Shown here in pieces: positions 27,569 to 41,119 of a stretch of DNA of 64,000 nt. The stretch's first letter is position 1. Each line of letters opens with the position of its first letter. Source of the DNA: Octopus vulgaris (lineage: Eukaryota); NCBI GenBank assembly GCA_951406725.2, contig OX597816.1:181846001-181910000 (forward strand). Direction: 5' to 3'. The translations under genes and the position numbers were made by a program. The notes under the pieces are model-generated. The model ran no database searches. It was not told where the DNA came from and saw only the letters and a program-made list of their open reading frames with translations.

Positions 27569-28479
27569 TTATCTTTTTTTTTTAACTAGATTTTATTTTA
27601 CTCGACACGTTTCTTGTATATTTCATCCTTAATTTTCAAAATAACGATCGAATTATATATTTATTTGCACACGAATAACAACTGCGATAATTGGCAATAT
27701 TATTTTAGTATTATTGTTGTTATTATTTTAAATAATAATAAACGTGATGATAATAATAAAAAGGCCATTCCAGCTTGCCAGTCAGCCACGACAACCTCCC
27801 CACCTTTAATTTTAAGAGGAATCTTAAATTACTTTATCATATCATGCTATCTTCTTTTTCATATTTCAAAAACGGTGTGTGATTTGGTTGCTATTTCTAG
27901 CAAGGCGGATGATCACGTTTCTTCGCCAACTTGGGAGTTGTATGGTATAAATATTTGTATGTATGTCTGTTGTCTTTATAATACGAACAAACGAAGTAAA
28001 AATAAGAAACGAAATTAGGTTCCCATTTCTTGTTATTTCACGACCAAACACTAAACCGAAGTAGCATTGATGCCTAATAGACTTTGCTGTTTAGACCCCG
28101 GTTAATCCTGATGGAGTAGACTTGCAGTGAAACAACAACTCCAGTTTCTGACGAGGATTACATTGTCCTGTGGGTCTTGTCATTATTTAAGACGACAGTG
28201 TATAATTTAAGGTAAATTTGGCAGCTGTTTCTAGCAGTTCGAGCGACCACTTAGAGGCTTCTTCGTTGGCACAATGTGTATGTAGACAGTTTGTTACGTA
28301 ATGTCATTTCAAGATTAATTCTTTATTGCTAAATGTTGGCCAGATTATGGAGAAAATGCTAATGCCATCCATTTAATGTTTTATGAGTTTCGGCCACTGG
28401 ACTAAAGCGCCTGCGGAGCTTTCTAATCTCATCTCAGCCCCTCTACTACATATTTCTACATGGCACTTATTTTGTCTCA

Positions 28480-28760
28480 GTACATTTTACCGTTTGGCTG
28501 CGTTACCGTTTTTAACCTGGCGTATTTAATCGGCGGAGTTGCGCCGAACACGGACACACATATGGTATGTATGAGTGTGTGTATGTATGTGTACACACAC
28601 ACGCACATGACGGGCTTCTGGCCACTTCCCGCCAACCTGAATCCTCCAAGACGTTTGGTCAAAATAAGGACGAGACGAGGACACTTGCCCAATTTGCTGC
28701 GCACTGAAAATGAACATAGAATCACGTGGCTGCGAAACGAATTTCTTCACCATGCAGCCA
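28480..28760 (-). mobile_element. Degenerate SINE family B
   Basis: gacgggcttc...gacacttgccc...agaatcacgtggctgcgaaacgaatttcttcaccatgcagcca. Confidence 0.6.
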
Positions 28761-29072
28761 TTTCTATAGCTTCGTGCGTTTTATTTTAATTCTTGACATT
28801 TTTATAATACAATTCCTACTTTGTAATACATATTTAATTTTTTTTCTTCATATTATACACCGTTGATTCCTATTGCCTTTTAAACACAATCTTAATGCGT
28901 CATAGTTGTGTGCGTGTAAATGCACGCGCGCGAGGTGTATGTTTTAATAGCTTAGTCAAATGCTTGCGACTGAGTGGACTCTGTTGCAGGCACCCCAACG
29001 GTCACTGGATTTGCTACACTGAGACGATGGAATAAGTGTATTATCCAAGAACAAGGAACTGCCTCTCGGGCC

Positions 29073-29119
29073 CTCTTCTTCACAGTTTACGTCTTTCAAA
29101 TTCTACTCCCGAAGCAATG
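29073..29119 (+). other. Candidate first exon (or UTR exon) ending in the start codon: ...gaagcaATG|gtaatt
   Basis: Pyrimidine-rich start ctcttcttc, ATG at 29117-29119 immediately followed by a GT donor; lies at the CpG-rich to CpG-poor transition. Confidence 0.3.
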
Positions 29120-32100
29120 GTAATTTAAACTACTCAAAATAGTGTAAAACAGTATTGTACTTGAAACAATGTTGCCAAGTGAATTTCTTAACCACCCTTA
29201 TATTGGATGAAGTATAATTCCAATAAACAATTCGAAGAATATTTTATAAAAACAGTTTTTAATTATTAGTTTAATTACTTAGTAACTTATCTTTTATTGC
29301 ATTTCTTTTTGTGGTTATGGTGTTAGATTCAGCATCATAAGTTTGTGGGTTTGTTTCCTGGACACGGAAGGCACATATTGGGCGAGACATCATTTAGCTG
29401 AAAATGAACAGCAGACCATTGCTGGTGTAGTTAGCTCTCTTTCATTCCAGCTGCCACATCCTTTATGCTCTGTAGTAGCAGTTGTATATTATTTTATAGG
29501 TTTCAACCCTAAGGCTGTAGCCATGCTGGAGCACTGCTCTATATGTCTAGTTGAAAATACATAGGCATCTAAAACAATTAGTGAAAGCATAGTGCATGTT
29601 TACCAAGTGGCTATGGGTATAGTTCTTATAACTGTTCAGACATTGGTGTCAAATTGTGCTGGCCCTTGCCCTTTCCTTTAGCAACATCAGTGATACGTGG
29701 GAGAAGATAATTGAATGCATTGAGCAACTGTTGGTCTTCCAGAAAAAACATTGCCCACACCTTTTTTCTTAGTGAGGGACTGTCAAAGAGTAGACCCATA
29801 GTTTCACATGACAGAGGGCCTGGAGAATGTTGATAATTTTTTTAAGATTTTATGATAATAACCTGCTTAGACTTTACAGTTATATTTTCGTTGTTATCTT
29901 GAGTGAAGGCTCAGAATATATAAAACCATTTCAGTTTGACATGCAGTTTATGTTCCCTAAATTGTAACCATGTTACTATTTATAATTTAGATGCTAAAGT
30001 GGTAACCACTATGTGGTATTTACTAGAAACAGCTGCCAAATCTCCCTCACATTATGCCCTACTGCAGGCACAAGCAACCTTTTTTGAGAAGCAGATCACA
30101 TGAGACACAGTTCATCGTCAGCTGAACTGCATTCAAAAAAATTGAAGGTAATATTTTCATTGGGTGTGTAATTCAGGAAGTCCTGCAAAATGGTCATGGT
30201 TGGAGTGCCTTTTATCATAAGTCTACTTAATCATGATTCATCTGGAACTAAACAATTACAACTTAAAAAATAAAACTTGTTTTCGGCCCCCATTAATAAA
30301 CTTCTGATATACTTCTTCCTTTGCCAGTTAATATCTGACTTCCCCCCCTCCTCTATGTCAACAATATGTTGATTACTAACTGTATACAATTTATGTTAAG
30401 GACACAGCTTCTTCTCTACATCATTTCATTCTGTTTTAAATATTCTATTCTCCCCCATGGCACACACTTATTCAATCAATGAAAACCTCCTGGATTTTCT
30501 ACTGGTAATCTTAAAATTTCATAACATTTGACTTCAAGACAATGCAAATTTTGTTAATTCCATGGAAGAACTCCTGTATCCTGCTCTAACTGCTGATAAC
30601 TGACCAACAAAGACTTCTACTTGAACAATAGCTTGCATTGGTTCTCTCCTAGAAGCAACATAATGGAATTGGCTAAATAGCATCATGATTAGATTTCATC
30701 TGTTTTAAATTAAAGATTCTTGTTTGCAGTCACTAATCAATGTCAGCAAAATACTAGTGGTATTGTGTGCTATGTGATTAGGAAAAAAATTTGGACTAGG
30801 TACCTTTGTTGTAGATCAAGATTTTGAAGTGTGTTTTGCGATTCATTGTTTAAAATGTGATGTTGATATGGAATAAACTTTCAGATTTATTACATGTATC
30901 TGAAAGATTTTCAACTCCTGCTTCTAACAAAGCATTGATGAGATTGTGTTAATCATATATTAAAAATGTATAGAATAAGTTGTTGACTAGCAAAGATAAA
31001 AACATAGTACGAAAGTTTTAGATCTACTAGTTTACCTTATTGAAGAGTTGATTAAGAATATGAACAGGAAGTCTTGTAGCATTGTTTGATCCAACCACAA
31101 AAACATTCAGGAATTTTTAATAGTGAGTGTGAAACCACAGACTTAGAAAAGTATCCTTAGTAATAGTTTAGTCCATTTCATGGGATTATGTTTATAGTAT
31201 AAATATTAATGTTATCAATGTTAGTGTGGACAGTACTTCACTCTGTAGTCTGCATTTGCTGCCTTGGTTGGAATACCTTTCATTAAATGTCTGCTAAATC
31301 AGGACTGACCCAAAACTAAACAGCAATTAACCAAATAGAAAAGCATAATGGGTCTTGTACCATCTTAGCAGTGATTTATTTCAGAGAAATTAACCAAAGC
31401 CAAACCAGTAAATATATTTGAAATGAAATTTCTATTGGGCTACATTGAAATATAGATATGAATAAATGGATGCCCACATAAAGCTGAAATAAATGATTTG
31501 ATAAATAACTTTATTTAGATTTGCTATTTATATCCAATCAGTATTATCTAATAACAAGACATGAGTACCTCAGCATGAGCTTCTACATCAAGAGTGAGCA
31601 ATCTTTGGCCTACAAGTAAATATTGCAAAACTATGCATATCCAACCTAAAAATTATATTTTCACCTGATTCTCTGTCTTTCACCTGACCATAGGGATAGA
31701 TCATGAATGTGTTTCATTAGACTGGTTTGAGGTTTAGTTGAATTCCAAACCAAACACTAATGTATCTGAATCCTGGGAAGTAGGGTCACCTTGTTAATAT
31801 GTATTAGATACTCTCTGTTCATTTTGAGGTGGGATTGTTCAAGTTTATAGACATGAAGAAGCCTATGTTTTAACAAGAAATTCACAGCAGGTATCTGCTT
31901 GAAGAAAATAGGATTAATTCTTGTAAAGTATGTACTTTGTTGACTTACTTGGATATGCAAATGGTTTGCAAGGAATGTTTAGGACTAATCAACACTTTTT
32001 CTGTGTCCACTTGTGTAGTGATGCTCTCAGAATTGTTGGTTAAACATTTTTACTAAAGGGACATTTCACACATGGGTAGATATGTCATGTGACTTCCTGA

Positions 32101-32199
32101 CATCTCTTATAATAACAGGATATCAGGAGATGTGCTATGATACTTGTGGGATAACTTGAGTTTTGAAATCAAAACAGAAAAAAATCCCATGCAATGGGT

Positions 32200-33720
32200 G
32201 TAAAATACTAGAAGATAGGTGCTGAGAGATGAAACTTGCAAAATACTTGGATACTAGAACACACCTTCATCAGGCCCATTGGGAAATGAGCTTGTCTCAT
32301 TTGCATGAAGGTGGCAAATTTTAGGCAACATTACACACCCACCACAGTTGTAATTAAAACAAGGGAAAATAAGGTTTTGTGAATGGAGGCTAATTTTGGG
32401 CCAGGAAAAGAAGTGAAATTACTGTCAATGGTGGATATTGTTTGTCCTAAAATGAATTCTGTATTTCCATCTATCACTCTGCTAGAACAACTATCACATG
32501 ATGAGTTTCAGAAATGTTAGATGCCAAGATTTGTTGAAGGGATTCTTGTAATGAATTACAATTTTTTTTTCATTTGCACTTAATGAGAACACTGACCAGG
32601 CAAACACTGCTTAACTTAGAGTGTTTGTACAGAGAGTAGCTTTATATTTTATAATATTTGAAGAGTTTATTCAAATAATTTCTCTGAAGGATATTATTAC
32701 TGGAGCAGACATTTTTTGAAGGTTTGTTGTTGAAAATGATGTGACAGAAATGAGACTTGGTAGTATGTCAAAGCTAATTGACATCATTAATGATGAGGCA
32801 CCAGCAAGGGTGAGGGAGAGGAAAAAGTAACATCTATGCATTGCTTCAAGGTTAGATGTAAAGCTTTGAAATTCACACAGAAACTGGTTAAAATTCATTG
32901 TTTTTATCTATTGAGTCATTTTGTGCCAGGTCTTTGAAATTGAAGAATGTTATGGACATTGTTGTGAAGACATTGCCAGTGTTTGTTCAAATTGGCAGCA
33001 GAATATGTGGGAACCTTGTTTTGTTTCTGCTATGTATGCTGGCTTAGCCAAAAGTCAACATTGGAAAGAGCATTTGCATTGCATGGAGAACTGAAAATAT
33101 TCTCCAAAGTAACTGTGTGAGTGTTTCATATTTCCATGTTGCCAGCCTCGCCTGGCCCCCGTGCCGGTGGCACATAAAAAGCACCATCCGATCGTGGCCG
33201 TTTGCCAGACTCGAATGGCACGTAAAAAGCACCCACTACACTCATGGAGTGGTTGGTGTTAGGAAGGGCATCCAGCCGTAGAAACATTGCCAGATCAAAC
33301 TGGGCCTGGTGCAGCCTTCTGGCTTCCCAGACCCCAGTTGAACCGTCCAACCCATGCTAGCATGGAAAGCGGATGCTAAACGATGATGTTCCTGACAGAC
33401 TTGCAATTTGCAATCTTGACATTTCTTGTGAACATTGCATCTAATATGAGTAACTCAAATTTATAACTTCAAGGAAGACATCAGCTAACACACAAGCTGC
33501 AGTTATAGGAATGCCATCTTCAAAAGGGTAATTGTACACATTTTCCTACTTTTCAGAAACTAAAAGCACAGGATCCAAACATTTTTGGCAAACTGGCCTT
33601 AGAATTAAGAAAAGAAATCGTACCTCATTTTGCTGAATTCTGTTGCCTGCAAATGAATATAAGTTGTTTACTAGTTCACTTGAGGTAGAAGTAAACACTC
33701 TCTGAACGTTTCCTGCTTGA
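32200..33720 (+). mobile_element. Heavily decayed hAT transposase fossil, GTF2IRD2/SPIN-like
   Basis: Hand translation across stops and frameshifts gives colinear motifs: WILEHTFIRPIGK*ACLIC, MVDIVCPKMNSVFPSITL, FSFALNENTDQANTA*LRVFV, EEFIQIISLKDIITGADIF, SKLIDIINDEAPA, KIHCF..ESFCARSLKLKNVMDIVVKT, LTFLVNIASNMSNSNL*LQGRHQL, GNCTHFPTF. Interrupted by a SINE at 33137. Confidence 0.85.
33137..33388 (+). mobile_element. Young SINE family C copy inserted in the hAT fossil
   Basis: gtgccggtggcacataaaaagcacc...gttaggaagggcatccagccgtagaaac...aaacgatgatg; retains CpGs in a CpG-poor neighbourhood. Confidence 0.85.
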
Positions 33721-35598
33721 TAGGGATTCAGATGGAACTGAACAATATTTCTAGAAATGTATTGATTTCACATGCATGGTTATGTAGTTAAGAAGTTTGC
33801 TTTGCAGAGACATGATGAGTCTTCTGTAGTTCTGGACCAACCACCATCTTGTGAGTGAATTTGGTAAGTAGGAACTAAAGGAAATCCATTGTATGTAGTG
33901 AGTGGCTGTTGATCTTTCATTTGTGACAGTTTGACTGTTTTGAGACCAAACTGCCTGAGACCACTTCTGGTTCTGACACAAACTTACTTCTTTATAGTGA
34001 TCTAAATTATAATCTTCCATCAAAATTTTACGTTAATTTGCTCCAGGCACTAGTTTTATAATGAGAAAGTTAGTTCATTAAATACCTCATTATTTTAGAA
34101 ATTAATTGAAACAAGGGCAATATATTTCAACAGAAGTACAGTAACAAAAGAGTTAAATGAAATAGCGATGATGTTAACATTCCTTATTGACATTATAGAC
34201 AAGTTGTTCAGCACTTTTGAAGACCCCTGGATAAAAAAAATCCATTCTTTAAAAAGCAAGTAAAGGTTGGTGACAGTAAAAGCAGCTGGCTGTAAAATCT
34301 TGTCTCAAAATCAATTCCTGTCCAATCTCTTCTAGCTTGGAAAAAATGAATGAACGATTTCTGTTGTGGAATAAGGACAAAAATGCTTGATAAAAGGAAT
34401 CTTAATTTTCAGTTGTTTATTTCAAGCATTTGGTTAAAATTGCCTTTTGTTTGTGTGAATAAATGCTGTTTAGCCCTAAGTAAGGCCTGATTGAACAGAT
34501 TTATGACCAAAGGCATTCTAAGCATGATCAGCTTATTTTTAAGGTAAAGTACATTCTAGGACTACATTCATGTGTTCTTCCTTTTTGAAAGATGGTGTGG
34601 TATAATTTGGTTTCTATTTCCAGCTCTTTGAGTAGCCACTGTATGCCCTGCTTGTTGATTCATCACCATTGTTATTTAACATTGAAGTCAGCTCTGAACA
34701 AGCAGAATTATGATTTTGCTATAATCATCCCTCCTGGGGAAGATTTGGGTACTATTTCTAGCAGGTTAAAGACTGCATAGAGCAGCTGTAGGCAACCTGT
34801 GGCTTTTGGGACTTTCTGAATAGCATACCTAACAAGAAATTACCTTGAATTCTTTTAGTAGTCCAGCTTGCTTTCAAGAATAGTTGCCCATGCATAACAG
34901 AGAGTCTCTCTAACTGGGCGCCCTTGAAATGTTCTTGTCAATCCTGATCATTGAGTTCGATGAACAAAGCGTTCCAACCATGAGGCCATCCCCTTTAAAA
35001 ATAATCTTTTCAGCTCCACTGTATTTAAGACTACACCACCCAGTTTACCCCCCGCCCCTTTAACACTTTTGTTACAATTTTTCCTGGTTCAGCTCCAATT
35101 CCTTTGTTTCAGTTGATTTCATTTGCTATTCGTAAACTGGTGTCTGGAACATAAATTTACATGAAAATTTGAGGGAAGAAGGCTTTAATTGAGATCATTT
35201 TAGAATATCAATTTTGTATCATAGAACCAGATGAGTTGGTATGTTTGGGGTATGACCTAAGAGAAATTTGGCTGCTATTTCTTGTGTCCACATAGATCTG
35301 CAGAACAGGCCTAAATGACCAAAAGCATCCTTTTCATAACTTCTTTTTTGCCAGGCATTGCCTACCCTACAGTATATCAAGGGAAATTTGACTGCTAATT
35401 TTAGTGGGTCAAATGACTTTGGGAAGTGTGGTTGGATTCACTTTCTTCAGTGAATACTGTATTTGCTTAGAATGTATTTTATTGTATTTATTGGAATTTC
35501 TGAGTATTTATTTAAATGTAAAATAAAAGTTTTCTATATAGTCAGTCTTATTGGTGAGAGGAGCATCTCACACAGAGGAAGGAAGGGAGGGTGCCTTT

Positions 35599-35649
<51 letters not shown>

Positions 35650-35659
35650 TGTATATATA

Positions 35660-35846
35660 TCACCTTGACCAACCAGTCCGTCAGGCGTCCATTTGACACC
35701 ACTGGTCACAGCATGCTGTCCACTCCTCTCTGGATCGCGCCTTTCTCAACCACGTGATCCCAATCGTAACTCCACCGTCATGGAGGCCTTCCGGGTGGTC
35801 GTTTCCGCTCGCGTGGGTACCACTCAACAACTGCGTGGGTCCACCG

Positions 35847-35850
<4 letters not shown>
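35660..35850 (-). mobile_element. Second 3' fragment of the same RTE LINE
   Basis: Near-identical to 5615-5815 (accagtccgtcaggcgtccatttgacacc...gggtccaccgatt); again between (TA)n arrays. Confidence 0.88.
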
Positions 35851-35883
<33 letters not shown>

Positions 35884-38800
35884 TCTCTTTTTCCCTTGCT
35901 CTCTCCCCCTAACTGGCTAACCATGTAGCTTCTCTACAAGGCACTTGTTTCGATCCTTGTCACACTCTTAGCTCTCATCTCACCTGGCACAAGGCCACCT
36001 CATCCAATCATCCTCCCCTGCCAAAGGATCTTTGTCTTGCAAGTTACCTGGTGGCTGGTATTAGGAAGGACATCCAGTTATAAAGACCTTGCCAAAAGCA
36101 GACAGTGAAACTTGATGGAGTCTTCTGCCTTGCCGGCTCCTGTCGAACTGTCCAGCCCATGCCAACATGGAGAACAATCGTTAAATGATGATGATGATAA
36201 TGTGTGTGTGTGTGTGAAAATATTGGAGAAATACACATCAAATTGTTGTGATATTTATTCCACCCAAAATGTGTAGACACTCCCTTGTCACTCCTGCCAT
36301 TGGAAATGCAAGTAACCTGCTATCAGAAATGCTTTACCAATGATACCATTGGTGCAAAAGAAAAAAAAAAAAAAAGAAGTAAACAGAGCTGGCCACCACT
36401 TTGAGGAGATTGTCACCAACCTCACAGCAGCACTTATATGTCCATATTGAAACAGGAAAACATTGTTTTTGTAGTGTTGATGTGAAGTCTAGTCAGTCCA
36501 GCACATAGTTAAAAGTTGATTAGACAGTCTTTACATGTCAATCATTGTTCACCTGCTGCAAGGAGGCCCAGGCTGTTTGCATTTGTCAAGTTTTGAAGTG
36601 TGTTGGCATACTTCCAAAAGCAGTCCAACATCAATGTATATCTGGTGTATAACACAATCTAAGCAGATTGTTGTTGTTAAGATCCAGTTTGGAGCTCTGG
36701 TTGAGCAGACATAATAAAGGCATTCCTGCCATAACCATCCTGACTTTTTAATCAGTAATGGTGTCTCAAGTGCTGCATTACTCACTGTGCTCTTTTTGAC
36801 TGAAACTAGAGTAGTGATATGAGGGAGATTTGGCTGCATGTTTCTCAGTAGTTGAATGATCATATACAGTAGCCATGGGTACATTGCAACCTGCAGAACT
36901 TTCTGAATGGTACAGCAATGAAAAATTGCCCTGAATAGAGACTATTCAAGGTAATTACACTAAAAACACCAGTTTTCATATGATAGTTCAAGTGAAGTGA
37001 CATTGTGCTTGGTTAGCACTTAGAAAGGAATTCAGAGTTGTTTGTTGTGTATGTTAACAATAAATTGGATGATAGAGAGGGGCTTACTGAGGACAGAAGA
37101 AGACTGCTCTTGCAAGGAGAGATTTTTAATGATGATAGTAATGAAGTGGGTTTTTTTTTTCCCCTCATGTACAGGTAAATAAATTGATATAAATTACAAT
37201 AAAGACAAAGGAAAATTTAGTCTGAGGAGAATTCTGATTGAGAAGATATGACATTCCAACTGTGACCATCATTAAGTTTTTCTTTTTTCTTTCTTTTTTT
37301 TTTTTGCTTTTATGTCAGGGATGACATTGTCTATTGTTTACTTTTAAGACGGAACATGATTTAAGGGATTTTTTTACTAGCAAATCCAGTGACTACAATC
37401 CCCCCCACCTCTATCTCTCACACATACTTTTAATCCATTGGGTATGTGTCAAAAAAAAAAAGAGAAAGAACCCTAAGAACTGTATTAGGTTGCAAGAAAG
37501 TTTCCAGTAACAAATACTCTTTTTCATACTATTTTGACCTGTGAGCTACTTCTACATTGCTTGTTCAACCTTGTACAAAAAAGCTGTCAAATCTTTCCAC
37601 ATTGATACAGAGGATAGATGTTCTCAAAGACAGGATGGCCACAGCTAGAATGCCTGTGATTGTAGGGCTGTTCCACTTTTGACTGAAACAAAGAGCAATC
37701 ACTGACTTGGAAATACGACAAAATTGTTAGGGGCAAAATTTGGATCGGGAATTAATTAGCACTGGGCCCCAATGATTCCAGAAACATGTTCTTATTTCAG
37801 TATAACAAAAGGGATTGCTCCCTACCACCATGAAACATGCTTCTGCAATTGGATAAATATAAAAAAAAAGTCAGTCTTGTGCAGCATCCCTAATAAACAT
37901 TAAAGAGTTACAGAATTAACTGTGAACTATTAAACTTCTCTTTTCCTCGTGGCAAAACCATTTATTTCACTTACTGGACTTTTTTTTTTTTTTTCAATAT
38001 TTAGTATTTGTTGACACTGACCATCTCTAGTTTCCTTGGGTTCTTCTATTTTGCTATAGACTACTAGTGTCTTAGATATAATTGACCTGTTAATTAGAGT
38101 TGCTAATTAATGTGAAAAGTCGAGCCAGCGATAGACAGCACAAACCAACGTTTGATTAATGGGTATGCAGACCAAGATTTTCCTTGGTTTCATACAGTAG
38201 ATTATATGTTATAATATCTGATATGTGATAAGTGACACACTGGTTTATAAATATAGAACTTCAGAGAAACTAGTTTAAAATATATTGACTGATCTATTTA
38301 GTAAGATATCTAAGGTACAGGCATCGCTCTGTGGTTAAGAAGTTCACTTCTTGACTGCATGGTGTCATGATCTGTCTCGTTGCAATGCTCTTAGAGGAAG
38401 TGTCTTCTGCTACGGGTCTGGGCTGACCAAAGTCTTGTGAAACTGAGAAAACAAAGTAGAACTTGCATTCACGTGATTCTGCTTTCTTTGCCATAATATT
38501 GGACAAATTTAATAAGATTTTTTTTTTTCTGGTCCTTTTCAATCCTCAGTCTTCTTCATTCCAGGAAGGATGCATTAAACACTGATCTAATGCAGACTTT
38601 CTTTTTTTAAGACTAGTATATGAAGAAGATTTGGCTGATATCTCTAACATTTCTAGTACATCATCAAGAACAACCATCTTGAGGGATGATAATCCATGCA
38701 GGTTTTAATAGAGCTGTCATGAATTGGTAATGGGAAAGTGTTAGAGAGAGAGAGAGAGAGACGTAGAACAAAGAATGAATAACTGGATATAGATTAATTC

Positions 38801-39523
38801 TTCAAAAACTTAGAAAGCTGAAGGTTTTTTTTTATGTATTGATAAAATGAAGTGATTGACAAATCTTGGGAAAAGGCTATATAATATAGAGCTGTTTAAT
38901 CCATAGAAAAAGAAAAAATGGTTATGAAATAGACAATGATGATAGTGGTGGTAAGGAGCAATGTTCCTTTTAAGCTGCACATTTCACAACTGGTGCACAA
39001 ACAAAAGAATGTGCACACACTAGATTTGTAAGTTTTTGTTTCTTCCTACCCTTACTAATAGTGTTGGTTTGTTTATGCCTCTGAAACTTAGCAGTTTGGT
39101 AAAAAGAGAGTGACTAAACCCTTTAAAGTTGTACAACGGTGTAGGCATGGCCTGTAGTTAAGAAGCTCAATTCAGAACTGGGTTGTTAAGGGTTCAGTCT
39201 CTGTATGTGGACATTTTATACTATAGCCTCATGTTGACCAGTTCCTTGTGAGTGGGATTGCTTAACAGAAAAGGGATAAAGCTTATTGTCTGCATCTGTG
39301 TGTGAATGAGTTTGTATTTCTCTTCATGTGTGTTTGCAAATGGTGTAGTTTCCAGTTTCCTGCATAACTATGTCATGAGTGTTCGTTTCCTTGGAAACAG
39401 GTGAGGGTTGGTGACAGGAAGGGCATCTGGTTGTAGAAAACTGCTCCAGCATGGTCTCATTTGATCCATTGAACCATAAAAAAGTAGATGTTTAAAAGGA
39501 TGATGGTCGTTATCATGATTGTA

Positions 39524-39884
39524 TTAACCTTTTAACATTTAGATTACTCTGTAAAATAGAATGTTCATCATTTAATGTCCACTCTCCGTGCTGGCATGGG
39601 TTGGACAGTTTGACGTGGAGCTGTCTGAACCCCAACTGTCTGTTGTGGCATGGTTTCTATGGCTGGATGGCCTTCTTAAGAGTGTGCTGGGTGCTTTTTA
39701 CATGACACCATATTTTTTTGAATTAATCATGCATTATCTCATAGTTTCAACATTTTGATGATATGACTGTTTATTTTTTTAGAATGACATAGTAGGATAG
39801 GTGTGAGAGGCAAGATCTGGCTAGATTGAACATAAAACAGAATATTCGAGCCAGATGTGGCTGGTTTGAATGCTAAAGGGTTAA
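39524..39884. mobile_element. piggyBac-type MITE (TTAA TSD), interrupted by an antisense family C fragment at about 39567-39710
   Basis: ttaa|ccttttaacattt ... aatgctaaaggg|ttaa; same family at 46322-46543 and partially at 42146-42283. Confidence 0.8.
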
Positions 39885-40050
39885 AGGTCAGAGAAAAACA
39901 AAATTCACACACAAGCAAATTTCTGTGAGGTCACAGAATTGATGACTGTTCCAAGAACAAGTCCAAAACAACCATTTTGGAATGGAAGGAGGTACTTTCA
40001 AAGCAGTCTTTTATTATTAATCCTTCATTGCTTATATTTGATTTTTCCAG

Positions 40051-40113
40051 GTTTTCAATGAGCGAAAACCTGAGCTAGAGAGAGCGGTGGAAGAGTGGAA
40101 GAAAGCAGGCTAA
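40051..40113 (+). CDS. Candidate terminal coding exon, VFNERKPELERAVEEWKKAG*
   Basis: Strong acceptor (ttgatttttccag|G), purine-rich open frame to TAA, two retained CpGs in a CpG-poor region, AATAAA at 40561. Protein not identified. Confidence 0.5.
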   Translation, partial: VFNERKPELERAVEEWKKAG

Positions 40114-40339
40114 CAAGTGTGATTGCTAGATAGATAGTTATAAATGAACTAGTGTGTTATATTAGCAGTTTGTTGAGCTGTTAAACTTGCATGGAAAGCA
40201 AAGCAAAATAAGCTAAGATTAGATATGTTATAAAATCATAAGAGATAAAGGAAGTGAATATGGCTTTACTTTACTGTCTGGAATAATGAAGACAATTCTA
40301 TTCTTGATGAGAAGCTGTTGTCCGTGGTTGGATTTTTAT

Positions 40340-40372
<33 letters not shown>

Positions 40373-41119
40373 TTGTATATTAAATTATGCAGGAGACTTG
40401 TTTCTAGCTGTTGACCTTCTGTGATGTGTTTAGCAACAAATTAAAACAAAAGAAAAAACTTGTGTAATAGTAAAAGCAAAGACTTTTTATATGAACACAT
40501 AAATAACATTCCAAAGTTAAATGAGAATTGATAAAAAAAAAAAAGGTAAAAAGAAAAGAAAATAAAGCAGCTAAATTGTTCTTGAGTTTTAGTTCAAGGC
40601 GAAATGGCTTTATTAAGAACCATTTGATAAGGGTTGCTGTTGAATTAATCATTTCTTACTGTAGAATAATTAAATTGTTTTTCTTGTTGGGCTACTGCAA
40701 AGAACTCTTTTAGTAAGTTTCAATGCACTCTAGCCATGCTGGAGCAATGCCAGGAATTTTTTAAAACTTTTTCTTTTCTTTTTTTTTCTTCTTTTTATTA
40801 AAGACTTAAGATAGCTTTGACTGAATATTGATCTCAATACTATAAACTATTTGATTAGATGTTGCTTCTGCCACTTGGCTCCAGGTTGGCCTTGTTTCTT
40901 TATGGTTCAGTGACTATGTGAAATGTCTTTCAATGGTTTGATTTTCAATCAGTCTTAGTGGCTGGTAATAAATTGCTTCCTCTCTTGGTATTTAGATTTT
41001 ACTTTCTTTCCCCAAAAATAGTATCAAACATTTTGTGGAGAAAAAAAGGGCAAGGAAAAGTCAAATGAACCCTTCTGTTCTTCAACAAGAAAGGAGAAAG
41101 AACATAAGTTACAGAATTC

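Noticed and set aside
33557-33690. Apparent exon after tttcag (KLKAQDPNIFGKLALELRKE...)
   Set aside because: Better explained as part of the hAT transposase fossil (it follows the HFPT motif).
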